A stretch of 64,000 nucleotides of DNA, from contig CM059433.1 of the NCBI GenBank assembly GCA_030390025.1, positions 23,500,001 to 23,564,000 of the forward strand, in the 5' to 3' direction. A program made the position numbers and the translations under genes. Every line of letters starts with the position of its first letter. Within the stretch, counting starts at the first letter, position 1. The notes beneath the pieces were generated by a model. It saw only the letters and a program-made list of their open reading frames with translations. It did not search any database and was not told the DNA's origin. This document shows positions 11,911 through 24,392 of this stretch, piece by piece. This DNA is from Squalus acanthias (Eukaryota).

Positions 11911-13771
11911 GTCTTGCTCATTCAATCGGAGAATGGTAAATGGCTTCAAATAAACCTAAAGTAAAACTAACACATGGAATGTCCAGAATTGAAAATTATG
12001 GACATTCAGGGAAGTTATAGATATTTCAAATCAAGCTTTTATGGGGACCCTACAATCTAGAGTTAAAGAATAGGGCATTTTAACTCATGAAAACCAGGTC
12101 AACTTCTCAAAGTTGCAATGTAAAATATCTCTAGTTTGCACTCCAGTAAGGAGGAAAAATAAAGCTTCTTTGTTCCAGCAGAACAATGTCTCCATCAACA
12201 AACATTAAAGTTCTATAACAACACTGCATTGTGTTTGCTTGCTCCAGTGGTTCAAACTTGTCAGCAGTACTCCATTCAGTACAGCATCTCCACGTAAATG
12301 GCATATATTTTTATGAGAACTTAGTGATGTATGTGATGCCGAAATGGCGCATTCTGACAGCAGATTGACTCTGATATTTTACTCTTTCATCCACAGAAAA
12401 CAACTACTTGACAAGTTTGAATGAAAGAACATTAGTTTTCTGCCCAAGCATGTGGACACAGCCAAATGGCACATATGTGACCATTTCAGTTTCTCAAAGA
12501 AAGCATTTTCTCCTCGGTGAAAACAGAGGAACGATACATGATCGAGGTTGCATTTTACTGTCACCAGCTGTCATATTTTTCTGATGCTTATGGTAATTAG
12601 GTTGTTCTGTGCAAAGCGTGTTCCCAAATCAGGTAGTGAACTACATACTTTGGTTGCAGTCTTTGCATTATTACTAATAGATAATCATATAAGAGTGCAT
12701 AACATAATTAAAAATAAAATACCTCGCCACAAGAAAGGAAATTGCATAATAGCGTAAAGGTTTCCATCTCCAAATAGCGCAGTTGCTAGACTAGAATGAC
12801 AATATAATGACAGAGGATTGCCTCATTACTGCAGAAATATTATTAAATAACGTGGAAATCATTAGCTTTGTCAAGTTAAATTAAACAGGCAAATGAGGAT
12901 CCAACAAGCTTACCATCTGTCTGCCTCATAACTTACATTATTATTAGATTTAAATGTTATGTGAAATACTTACATTTTATGGTAATAACCTCTACTTAGC
13001 AAATAGCCGGAAATGTTTATAAAAAGATACATGAAGTCTTTTCCTCCTTTTGTTCTTATTGCATTGCAAAATAATACAGGCTTTCAGAAGATCTTCTATT
13101 CTTAAAAAAGGCATTTAGAACACAGCAGTACTAGAGTTCATGAATTCATAAATATTTCATGAAATGCAGTACAGGATTTCAGAATTAACGTACTACCGTC
13201 TCCTATGCATTAAACTTTGCTTCCAAATTTGCAGACATCTTAAAACAATCTTCAGTGGAACCTACCGTCCAATTATCTGCCTTCCTGATTGCCACAGTGT
13301 TCACAGGAAAAAAGTTTTTCTGGAGACGTTGCCTCACTGCACAGCTTGTGAACACCAATCTCCTCTTATCTGACATCAATCAAGCTCACAGCCAAATAAA
13401 TATCAAATTCAATTTATGTGGTATGTATTGCATTTGTCTTCAGTCCTAGGACATAGATATTGATGTGCTGCATTGTGAGATTATCGATTGCAATCTTCAT
13501 TGCTAGCCATAGTATACGCTCAGGGTTAATGTCAGTTATTGCCGTTTCCTGCAAGCTGGAGGGAATTCACATTATAGTCTGGCTAATATTCACACCTTAT
13601 AATTGAGGCAAATCTGGAGCTCCTTGGTGCACACGTTTCGATTATTCACATTATACCTTGATGGTTCTCCATCGAGCAGAGTTTTTGGCATAGGTCAATG
13701 AATGAAGTCCTCGCATTCAATTTCAAACATCCAAGGTGATTGACAACCTGGGGTAGTAGTGGTTTTGATTC

Positions 13772-13874
13772 AACAGCAAAATACTGCGGATGCTGGAAAT
13801 CTGAAATAACAACAGAAAATGCTGGAAATAATCAGCAGGTCAGGCAGCATCGAGGAGAGAGAAACAGAGTCAAC
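13772..13874 (-). mobile_element. Penelope terminal repeat fragment (continues at 16357-16385 after the Harbinger insertion)
   Basis: Reverse complement of the tails at 5745-5813 and 36840-36946; rejoined sequence restores CTGACGA...GAAACGTT. Confidence 0.8.
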
Positions 13875-14149
13875 GAGGGCAATTTTCTCACTGCAGGCAG
13901 GTTTCGGTTTGGGTAGGTTTGAAACCCGCCTCCACTGATAGGTTTGAAAAAATTGCGATTTTCCCCTGATTGGCCAGTTGATTTCAGAGGTGTGGGATGC
14001 CCTTGGTCAATTAGTGTTTTGGGACTGAAACTCGCCTCTGCTGACGTCACTTTTCCAGCCTGATTTAAGGGCTGCTTGCTGCCTTGGATCATTCCACTGG
14101 ATTTCTGTCAATGCTGCACCACCTGCAACATATTTTGAGAAACCACTAG

Positions 14150-14335
14150 GTCCAATTCCAAGGCAAGGGCCTCCCCGAGGTTCTCGGATGAGGCGCTGCA
14201 AATGTTGGTTGAGGGGGTGACAGCTAGCAGGGAGGTGCTTTTCCACTCATCTGGGAGGACGAGGCCTCCCAAAGAAACCAAGGCTGTGTGGGTCCAGCTG
14301 GCAAGGGATATAACCTCCAGATCTGTGTGCAGATT
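14150..14335 (+). pseudogene. Truncated Harbinger Myb/SANT-like DNA-binding protein exon
   Basis: PRFSDEALQMLVEGVTASREVLF...WVQLARDITSRS, convergent with the transposase. Confidence 0.75.
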
Positions 14336-14599
14336 GGGTGAATGTTTACGTGTATTGATGAAATGCCATCCCTGTTGGAAAGCATTAAAATGATTTGATG
14401 GCAAAATGTTGGCGTCATGGCATCTGTTCTTTTGTCTTCGGCAGCTCCACATTGCAGACTCCGTGACACTTGCGTTGTCAGGTTGGTGGCCTGAGTGAAA
14501 GGAGGCCAGAGAGTCATGTCCATTGTCTATGATGTCTTAAGATGGAGCCAAGGACATGTGCTAACTTGGGCAACATATGCAAATCTGGCCAGGATAAGT

Positions 14600-15829
14600 T
14601 CATCCCTTGCATCACGGGTAGCCATGTGCTCGCGTGCTGCCGCTGCTGCTGTTCGATAGCCCGGCGCTCTGTCCTCCTCCTGCTCTCCTCCTCCTCCCGC
14701 TCCTCCAGCTCCTCCTCGTCCTCATCATCTGAGGAGGCCTGGAACAGAGCCATTTGCTCATCAGGAAGCTGCAAGCCATGATGCTGAGAGATGTTGTGCA
14801 GTGTACAGCAGACCACGACCATTCTGGAGACCCTGTATAGTGTATACTGCAGGGCTCCACCTGATTGGTCAAGGCATCGGACGCACATCTTCAACAACCC
14901 AATGGTTTGCTCGATGATGGACCTGGTCGAAGTGTGGCTAGTGTTGTAGCACTCTTCAGCATCGTTAGCTGGCCTCCTGATCGGCGTCATTAGCCACTTC
15001 TTCAAGGGGTAGCCTTTGTCACCAAGGAGCCATCCATTAAGTTGGTTTGGTGGATTGAAAAGCAGAGGAACACTAGAGTGCTGCAGGATGAAAGAGTCAT
15101 GGCAACTACCACAGAACTTAGCTCAAACATGCAAGAACTCCTTCTTGTGGTTACACACCAGCTGTACGTTGAGGGAGTGGAAGCACTTTCGGTTGACAAA
15201 GATAGCTGGGTTGTGATGGGGTGCCCTAAGGGCCACATGTGTGCAGTCTATGAGGCCTTGCACCATTGGCATGCCTGCCATATTTGCAAAGCCAACCGAA
15301 CGCGCGGTTATACTTGCTTGATCCCTTGAGAAGTGATGTCATTGTGGGCCTTAGCGAAAAGGGCATCGGTGTCCTGCGTGATGCAACTGTGGGCGGCCGA
15401 CTGGGAGATACCGCTGATGTCTGCTGATGATCCCTGGAACGAGCCTGAGGCAAAGAAGTTGAGTGCGGTGGTGACTTTGACAGCTACTGGTAAGGGGTGT
15501 CCACCCGTTCCTCTGGGCACCAGGTCTTGCTGCAGCAGTCCGCAGATCTCTTGGACAACCTCTCGCGAAAGTCTCAGCCTCCTTTGGCACTGCTGCTCAC
15601 TCATGTTGAGGTAGCTCATCCTCTGTCTGTAAACCCTCTGTCGGGGGTATCTCCTGCGGCGAGGTGCCTAGATGCGCTGGCGCCTTCTGCCCTGTGTAGC
15701 ATCAGATGGCTGAGCAGGAGGTTGGGGCTCCTGCTGCTGTTGCTGCTGAGCTGCCTGGTTCTGCTGCTGCCGTAGATGCTCCTCATCCAAATCTGAGGTC
15801 CATGGTGAAAGAAAATGAATGGTTCCCAT
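14600..15829 (-). pseudogene. Harbinger DDE transposase, disrupted
   Basis: ORFs 15668-15916, 15308-15619, 14514-15005; [27 protein letters not shown] retained; premature stop near 15668 and frameshift near 15335. Confidence 0.9.
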
Positions 15830-16915
15830 GCTGCTTGCAGATGCCTCCATTAGGGAAGCGCTCATAACAAATGGGGAGAGGGTTTTCCAAGGAGGTCCCA
15901 CAGTTGATAGATTCAAGCTGCAGCACCTCCGACTTCGGAAGGCCTGCTACAAGTGCTCAAACACCTTTTAAAGCAAAGTTTTGCCACCTGCAACTAATTC
16001 CTGATTAAATAAAAGATTTAACGTTGGACCTGCAGCTGTGAGGAGACCACCCACTTGTCAACCCGCCAGGTTTAGCTGGTGTGGTTTAGAAGGGTCATGG
16101 AACACGCTGAAATGGTCGAAAAATAACGAGGGCCTCTCAAAATAGGCTTAGAGAGGCCCATAACGAGCATTTAAGCCTCTTAACAACCTCTCTATCCAGC
16201 TGGAGGCGGGACCGTTTCCCACCCTGCAAAACCGGCACCGGAAAAATCCCGCGGAGGCAGGTTGGAGGCGGGTTCCGAACCCGCACTCATTTTTTCCGAT
16301 TTTCCCGCCTTTCCCGCCTCCAAACCTGCCTCCTCGGGGCTCAGAAAATCGCCCCCAACGTTTCAGGTCGAACCCTTCGTCAGAAGGACAACCATGTCTG
16401 GAGTGAAGACCTGGGTCCGGCCAATGTGAGAGGCAGGGCCAATAATTCTTTGTGGTCCTTTGACAAATGGCTCTGTGGCCATAATAGGCTGCATGGACTT
16501 GACACAGTACTCAGTCTGAAGTCAGCAGAAAGACTATGCTAGATTTGGCTCTGTGCTAGCACTTGCCATGTAAGAAGTGAGCGACCATGTTTCAAAGAGC
16601 AATGTTACATTGAGAGGTAGTGCAGAAGAAGCATGTTTGTTGTTTTGACATTTGAAGGGGGTTGGTAACAGTTGTAACTACTGTAAATAAGCTGTTTGTG
16701 CTGAGTACTGTTCATTTATGTTAAATACATTTGTCTGTTGGTTAATAGGCTGGGCCTGGTTCTGATAGAGTGTATATTCAATTCACTTACTGAAGATGAG
16801 GAGGCGACATGGCTGCCAATGATATCTTTCATTAAACCGGAATACAGTGGCAAGGGAACTTTGTTCAAACCCTGAATTTTACTACATTTATCTAGATATT
16901 AAGCAGATAAAGTAT

Positions 16916-17301
16916 GGGGGCTGAAAACCACTTTGGCAGACTCCTGATCTAGCGACAAAAAGTTTCCTGATTGGCCAGTTGGCGCTGGAGCTTCTGCCCA
17001 CCCCAAACATGGACTTTGACATAAGGGGCTGCAGGGCCAGGGGCAGGGACTCAGGGATATGGTCAGACTGGTATGCCTGAGAGGAGGGTCCCACTTGAGG
17101 GCCGAGGCCAGGATTGTGGCGTGGACCCTCAAAGTTTACCCAGGAAAACGCTTTTCTTTTTGGGTTTAAGGGTACCAAAGTTTTGCCTCCAAGTGGACAC
17201 AGCACCCATCCATAACTTCACTGGAACTTTCAACTGCTTCAGTGGAAGGGTGGCACCCCATATGTGTCCCCAACCTGCCAAAGCCATTCAAATCTGACCC
17301 C
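16916..17301. mobile_element. Probable degraded Harbinger-type MITE
   Basis: Termini GGGGGCTGAAAA / AAATCTGACCCC. Confidence 0.4.
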
Positions 17302-17399
17302 ACAAACTCTAATTGATCTTTAGCCCAAGATTGGCCGCTCCACAGATTTTCAGTGCCATTCTTGGAGTGCATGAGATCTACATACAGAAGTACTCACTG

Positions 17400-18680
17400 A
17401 TGGTGAACTTTGATAGGCAGAATGAGGAGAGACAATATAAACTAAATGGTACAATTTTAAAGGGGGTACAGGAACAGAGAGACCTGGGGTTTACGTACCT
17501 AAGTCTTTGAAGGTGGCAGGACAAGTTGAGAAGGCTGTTAAAGAGGCATATGGGGTTCTTGGCTTTATAAATAGAGGCATCGAGCACAAAAGCAAGGAAG
17601 TTATGGTAAACCTTTATAAAACACTGGTTAGGTCAATTCTAGGCACCACACTTTAGGAAGGATGTCAAGAGAGGGTGCAGAGGAGATTTACTAGAATGGT
17701 ACCAGGGAAGAAAGACTTCAGTTGTGGAGAGATTAGAGAAAGTGAGGTTGTTCTCCTTAGCGCAGAGAAGGTTAAGGGGAGATTTGATAGAGGTGTTCAA
17801 AGTCATGAAGAGTTTTGATAGAGTAAATAAGGAGAAACTGTTTCCAATAACAGAAGGATTGGTAACCAGAGGACACAGATTTAAGGTCATTGGCAAAAGA
17901 ACCAGAGGCGACATGAGGAAAAATAATTTTACGCAGTGAGTTGCTGTGATCTGGAATGCACTGCCAGAAAGGTGGAAGCAGATTCAATAATAACTTTCAA
18001 AAGGGAATTGGATAAATACTTGAAGGGAAAAAATGTACAGGGCTATGGTGAAAGAACAGGAGACTGGAACAAATTGGATAGCTCTTTCAAAGAGCTATCA
18101 CAGGCATGATGCGCCGAATGAAAGAAAGACTTGCATTTATATAAGGCGGTTTACAACCTTAGGACGTCTCAAAGCGCTTTAAAAAGAAAAAGAAAGACTG
18201 CCATTTATATCGCATCTTACATGACCTCCGGACGTCCCAAACGCTTTACAGCCAATGAAGTAATTTTGAAGTGTAGGAAACGTGGCATCCAATTTGCGCA
18301 CAGCAAACTCCCACAGCCATCAATGTGATAATGATCACATAATCTGTTTTAGCGTTGTTGATTGAGTGATAAATATTGGCCAGGACACCAGGGAGAACTC
18401 TCCTGCTCATCTTCCAAATAATGCCATGGAATCTTTTACACCCACCTGAGAGAGCAGACAAGGCTTCGGTTTAACGTCTTATTCGAAAGACGACACCTCC
18501 ATCAGTGCAGTACTCCCTCATACTGCCCTGGAGTGTCAGCCCAGATTTTTGTGCTTAAGTCTCTAGAGTGGGACTTTGAATCCACAATCGTCTGATTCAG
18601 AGGCCAGAGTGCTATCACCTGAGCCACAGCTGAATAGCTTCCTTCTGTGCAGTATCATTCTACAATTCTATGATTCTACG
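17400..18680 (+). mobile_element. CR1 3' fragment interrupted by a SINE at 18121-18632
   Basis: ERLEKVRLFSLAQRRLRGDLIEVFK; tail ATTCTATGATTCTA resumes after the SINE. Confidence 0.9.
18121..18632 (-). mobile_element. Full-length Deu-domain tRNA SINE (SacSINE1-like) with duplicated 3' tail
   Basis: tRNA-like head GTGGCTCAGGTGATAGC...GGATTCAAAGTCCC, Deu core, L2-like tail present twice (18121-18180 and from 18181). Confidence 0.85.
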
Positions 18681-19699
18681 ATTAAGCAGCATATCTCACA
18701 TTACAACCAAAATAGTAATGATACCACCAACGTAACACCATAAATTGGTGACTGTCGATCATTCACCAATTTCCATTTTCCACTAGAAAAATCCTTCTTT
18801 ACCAAAAATAGAAATTCCACCACATTTGAAAATATTTTTTTACTCACTATGATATATAAGATATGTACACCAATCCATGTTCACAGCAGGGAGCCGAGCT
18901 CACAGAGAGTGCAGGTCAGATATTCAGATCTACTGTAGAGCTATCTCCAACACATGCTATCTTCGAGCATAGCCTCCCTGCTGGGAGTGTGGGATTGCAG
19001 AATCATCCCTGTGGTTTTGTAAGTAATTAGTTATCATAAAATAGAAATTAGATACATGTTTTTAAAAAGTTTTGAACCTAATTCCACTATTAACACCAGC
19101 ATGTGTTTGTTACACAGTCTCCTTATAGACACTCTGCGGGAATCTCTTATAAATCAGTGTAAGAACACCAGCCTCGATCTGCTGCTCGGCTGTGACTCTG
19201 GTGGAAGTAGGGCAGGGCAGGGACTTCCATCTGTCTCAAGGATACTCACCGATCACGGCCGAATTTCCAGGATCAGGGCTGTTTAAAGAATGCTGTCTGG
19301 CATCCTGGCCTCTGCCAGGAGCCCACATGGGAGTGGCCAGAGAATGGCTGCCGTTACAGCGGAGGCCTTTACAGTGTAACGTGGGCGGGACCTCAGGGAA
19401 AGCTGAATGTGCGCGCAACAGCGATTCTTACTGGTGTCAACTGGTTGAAAGGTTCGGTTTATACTCGTACAATGTTGGACACAAAGAATGTACTGGGTGT
19501 GTTAATAATGGCATTTAGAATCATAGAATCACAGAAAGTTACAGCACGGAAGGAGGCCATTTCGGCCCATCGTGTCCGCGCTGGCCAACAAAGAGCTATC
19601 CAGCCTAATCCCACTTCCCAGCTCTTGGTCCGTAGCTTTGCAGGTTACAGCATCCCAAGTGCACATCCAAGTACTTTTTAAATGTGGTTAGGGTTTCTG

Positions 19700-21185
19700 C
19701 CTCTCCCACCCTATCAGGCAGTGAGTTCCAGACCCCCACAACCCTCTGGGTGAATAAATTTCCCCTCAAATCCCCTCGAAACCTTCCACCAATTACTTTA
19801 AATCTGTGCCCCCTGGTTTTTTGACTCCTCTGCTAAGGGAAATAAGTCCTTTCTATCCACTTTATCTAGGCCCCTCATAATTTTATACACCTCAATAAGG
19901 TCTCCCCTCAGCCTCCTCTGTTCCAAGGAAAACAAACCCAGCCTATCCAGTCTTTCCTCATAGCTAAGATTCTCTACTCCCGGCAACATCTTTGTAAATC
20001 TCCTCTGTACCCTCTCTAGTGCAATCACATCTTTCCTGTAATGTGGTGACCAGAACTGCACGCAATACTCTAGCTGAGGCCTAACTAGTGTTTTATACAG
20101 TTGAAGCATAACCCCCCTGCTCTTGTATTCTATGCCACGGCTAATAAAGGCAATCATTCCGTATGCCTTCTTAACCACCTCATCTACCTGGCCTGCTACC
20201 TTCAGGGATCTGTGGACATGCACTCCAAGGTCCCTTTGTTCCTCTACACTACTCAGTGTCCTACCATTTAATGTGTATTCCCTTTCCTTGTTAGCCCTCC
20301 CCAAATGCATTACCTCACACTTCTCCGGATTGAATTCCATTTGCCACTGTTCTGCCCACCTGACCAATTAATTGATATCTCCCTGCAGTCTACAGCTTCC
20401 TTCTTCAGTACCAACCACACAGCCTATTTTAGTATCATCTGCAAACTTCTTAATAATACCCCCTATATTCAAGTCTAGATCATTGATATATACCACAAAA
20501 AGCAAGGGACCTAGTACTGAGCCCTGCGGAACCCCACTGGAAACAGCCTTCCAGTCACAAAAACACCCATCAACCATTACCCTCTGCTTCCTGCCTCCGA
20601 GCCAGTTTTGAATCCAACTTGACACTTTGCCCTGGATCCCATGGGCTTTTAACTTTGTGACCAGTCTGCCATGTGGAACCTTATCAAAAGCCTTGCTAAA
20701 GTCCATATACACTACATCAAATGCACTACCCTCATCTACCCTCCTTATTACCTCCTCAAAAAATTCAATCAAGGTTGTCATACACGACCATCCCTTAACA
20801 AATTTGTGCTGACTATCCTTGATTAATCCATATCTTTCTAAATGAAGATTTATCCTGTCCTTCAGAATTCTTTCCAATAATTTTCCCACCACCAAGGTTT
20901 GGCTGACTGGTGTGTAATTACTCGGTCTATCCTTTTCTCCCTTTTTAAACAAGGGTACCACATTAGCAGTCCTCCAGTCCTCCGGCATCACACCTGAAGC
21001 CAGAGAGGATTGGAAAATGATGGTCAGGGCCTCTGCTATTTCCTCTTTTGCTTCGCTTAACAGCCTGGGATACATTTCATCCGGGCCTGGAGATTTATCC
21101 ACTTTTAAAGCTGCTAAACCCCTTAATACTTCCTCTCTCACTATGTTTATTTCATCTAATATTTCACACTCCACCTCCCTGATAG
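19700..21185 (-). pseudogene. CR1 ORF2 reverse transcriptase portion
   Basis: KSPGPD, DFSKAFD, GVPQGSVLGP, FADD, RPQLEYC. Confidence 0.92.
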
Positions 21186-21186
21186 C

Positions 21187-22071
21187 TGTTGAGGTGCAAC
21201 CCGTCCAGCTACCCTAACCCTAACCTCCCCCAGAAACGGTCCCAATGCTTCAGGAATCTAAAGCCCTCCCTCCTGCACCATCCTTCCAGCCACGCATTCA
21301 TCTGCTCTATCCTCCTATTTCTGGACTCACTAGCACGTGGCACTGGGAGCAATCCGGAGATTACTACCTTTGAGGTCCTGTTTTTTAATCTGACTCTAGC
21401 TCCCTAAACTCTGCCTGCAGGACCTCATCCCTCTTTCTACCTATGTCATTGGTACCGATATGGACCACGACATCTGGCTGTTCACCCTCTCCCCCCAGAA
21501 TGCTCTGCAGCCGTTCGGTGACATCCTTGACCCTGGCACCAGGGAGGCAACATACCATCCTGGAGTCACATCTGCGGCTGCAGAAACGCCTGTCTGCTCC
21601 CCTCACTATTGAATCCCCTACCACTATTGCTCTTCCACTATTTTTCCTCCCCCCCTGTGCAGCGGAGCCACCCGTGGTGCCGAGGACTTGGCTTTGACTG
21701 CACTCCTCAGAGGGACCATCGCCCCCACCAGTACTCAGAATAGAATACCGGTTGGAGAGCAAAATGCCCTCCAGGGCCTCCTGCACTGCCTGCCTGGTCT
21801 TCTTCTGTCTGGTGATCACCCACTTGCTCCCTGTCCGCTCTCTCTTAGGCTGCGGGATGACCACCTCACTAAACGTGCTATCCGCGTAGTTCTCAGCCTC
21901 GCGGATGCACCACAGTGACTCTAGTCGCCGCTCAAGCTCCGTAAACCGTCGCTCGAGTCGTTGCAGCTGGTGACACTTACTGCACATGTAGTCATCCATG
22001 CAACGCGAAGCGTCCATGACTTTCCACATGCCACAGGATGTGCACTCCGCTAGACTGAGCTGCCCTGCCAT
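21187..22071 (-). pseudogene. CR1 ORF1 (Cys/His zinc finger, coiled coil, SGNH/GDSL esterase-like domain)
   Basis: CTSCGMW..CSKCHQL, coiled coil, IVVGDSIVRG, CLPGARVKD, VVHIGTND, DGLHLN; frameshift near 21390. Confidence 0.88.
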
Positions 22072-22299
22072 TCCTGTCATCCCTTTATCTAACAGACTAT
22101 TTAAAAGACTAAGTACTAACCTTTATTTAAAAGACTTAAGAACTACCCTTTATTTAAAGATGAAGAACTAACTTAACAGAATAAGCTTTAAACTTAAAAA
22201 AAAACACTCACCCACTACTCACCAATCAGCTGCTTCCCTTGTGCCGACGTCACTTTTAATCTCTGATGTCACTTTCGAATGTTGCCTGTTGAGGGCGGC

Positions 22300-22515
22300 T
22301 ATCGCTGCTGCTGGTGAGTCTGGGCCTCGCTTTCTCTCTCCCGCTCCTTATACTGCCTGCTGTCGCTCGGGCTCCTCCCAGGGCTGCTCTCGCTGCTGCC
22401 GCTTCAGTGAGTCTGGGCCTCGCTCTCTCTCTCCCGCTCCTTATACACCCCGCTATTGCTCAGGATCCTCCCAGGGCCGCTCTTGCTGCTGCTGCTGCCG
22501 CTGCCGGTGAATCTG
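22300..22515 (-). repeat. ~95-bp tandem monomers at the CR1 5' end
   Basis: GTGAGTCTGGGCCTCGC..CCGCTCCTTATAC..CTCCCAGGGC..GCTGCTGCC twice plus the start of a third. Confidence 0.8.
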
Positions 22516-23959
22516 CACTATTTAGCTCTATTCCAGTGACAGATATGTTATATGGGATATTCATATCATTATGGTAGCAGCAATGGTACATAATGAGGTC
22601 TGGTACCTTCTTAGCAAATTAAAATGTTGAAGAGTTTAAGGTAGATATGTTTGATATTAAGATTGAGAAATAGTTAAGAAATCCATTTTACACAAAATAA
22701 TTACTTATATTCCATACTATATTTCATTTATATTAAGTTCTGTAGTTAAACCTGAAATCGAAAGACTGCAAAAAGTCTGAAAATGTGTCGAGAGGGTGTG
22801 TGCAGCCTGCTTCTGGGCCAGGTCACACATTGTTTACATACGTATTCACTTTCTATCATTTGGAACTGTAGACGCAATATCGTTGTTTTGGTGGCATGGC
22901 TCCTTTGTCAGTCTCCAGGAATTGAAGATTAATATCCTGGACACTGCTGCGAGCAACCCAGAAGAAAAGTCTTAGGAGCATTAAAAACAATTCCGTGTTT
23001 GCTTTTCATTTTTTTTGGAGCACTTTCATTTATTAGTTACAAAATATTGGAGATGGGAAAAAGTTTGACTGGGCGGAGCAGTTGGAGGCGGCTGGCCGTG
23101 TGAAGAAAACTCCAGGAATAGGTCCAATCAGAGTTGGTGACCCTACCTTCATGTCATGCTGACCCTAAAATACCGATGTTTTTCTCTGCGACTCGAGAAC
23201 ATAAGACAGCAGAATGGAGATTGAGAGTGAGTAAAGGTTTATGGATTGCAGCTGCCTATGGATTAGCACAGCTTAGAAACAGTATAAATGAAGTGAGATC
23301 ATGACCAATGGTTGGGAGATAAATAAGGAAGATATCTGGAGGGTTGAGCTGTAATGTGTGTGTCTTCCGGGACCAATGTGATCTCGATGTTGGCCGAGAG
23401 TATGTTCAGGTTAATTTAACCCATAATAAACCGTCACGTGTTTGACTGCATGGGAATTAATTCTTGGCATACAGGCACAGACTGCAGCCTATGTCCGTAG
23501 TATTATAAAAATACACTTCTGAACAGATCGATAACTGTGGTTAATATTTAGAGCTATCTCAGCATCTGCAGATTAACCTTCATTACATGGTTTAGTCTTC
23601 TTGAACTGGATTTTTAAATAAAATTATGCTGACATTTTAAGAACTGCACGGGGAGAAGACTACAACAACTTGGCTTCTCTTGTCATTTTGTTGCTCCATT
23701 ATCTGAAATGTGGTTTTCAGGGACACTTAATATAATTTTGGTTCTTTTGATAGGACTGTTACTCCATTATCATTGTGTGTTCCTGCCTCTTTATTACTCA
23801 ATGCGATTGTTTTGTCAAATGAAATATCTTCTGCCGCTATATCATGTCCCATACATACTCTTCGACATTTTAATTTGTTACGATGGCATTAGACCATATT
23901 ATGTATCATTGTTGTTACCATAATGATAGCCAAGCCCCACGGATTCCCTTGAAGAGACC

Positions 23960-24392
23960 ACTCTTGTGGTCTTGCCCCTCAATTTCAAAATTCTCATCCC
24001 TGTTTTCAAATCCCTCCATGGCCTCGCCCCTCCCTATCACTGTAATCTCCTTCAGCCCCACAACCCGCCGAGATATCTGCGCTCCTCTAATTCTGCCCTC
24101 TTGAGCATCCCTGATTATAATTGCTCAACCATTGGTGGCCGTGCCTTCTGTTGCCTGGGCCCTAAGCTCTGGAATTCCCTCCCTAAACCTCTCCGCTTCG
24201 CTACCTCTCTATCCTCCTTTAAGACGCTCCTTAAAACCTACCTCTTTGACCAAGCATTTGGCCACCTGCCCTAATTTCTCCTTATGTGGCTCAGTGTCAA
24301 TTTTTTTGTCTTATAACACTCCTGTGAAGCGCCTTGGGACATTTTGCTACATTAAAGGCGCTATATAAATACAAGTTGTTGTTGTTGTTGTT
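23960..24392 (+). mobile_element. L2 LINE 3' end
   Basis: LHGLAPPY..LRSS..GGRAF..PKLWNSLP..FKTLLKTYLF and (GTT)n tail. Confidence 0.9.

Larger units (their letters stand above)
13875..16356 (-). mobile_element. PIF/Harbinger transposon copy B, both ends intact
   Basis: TIR GAGGGCAATTTTCT / AGAAAATCGCCCCC; TSD AAC at 13872-13874 and 16357-16359; transposase on minus strand, truncated Myb exon on plus strand. Confidence 0.95.
19517..22515 (-). mobile_element. CR1 LINE with 5'UTR and ORF1, internal deletion of the endonuclease region
   Basis: 3' tail at 19517; RT ORFs 19798-21174; ORF1 21385-22080; ORF1 DGLHLN joined directly to mid-ORF2 near 21185. Confidence 0.92.

Noticed and set aside
18540..18632. 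tRNA gene
   Set aside because: tRNA-like head of a SINE, contiguous with the Deu core
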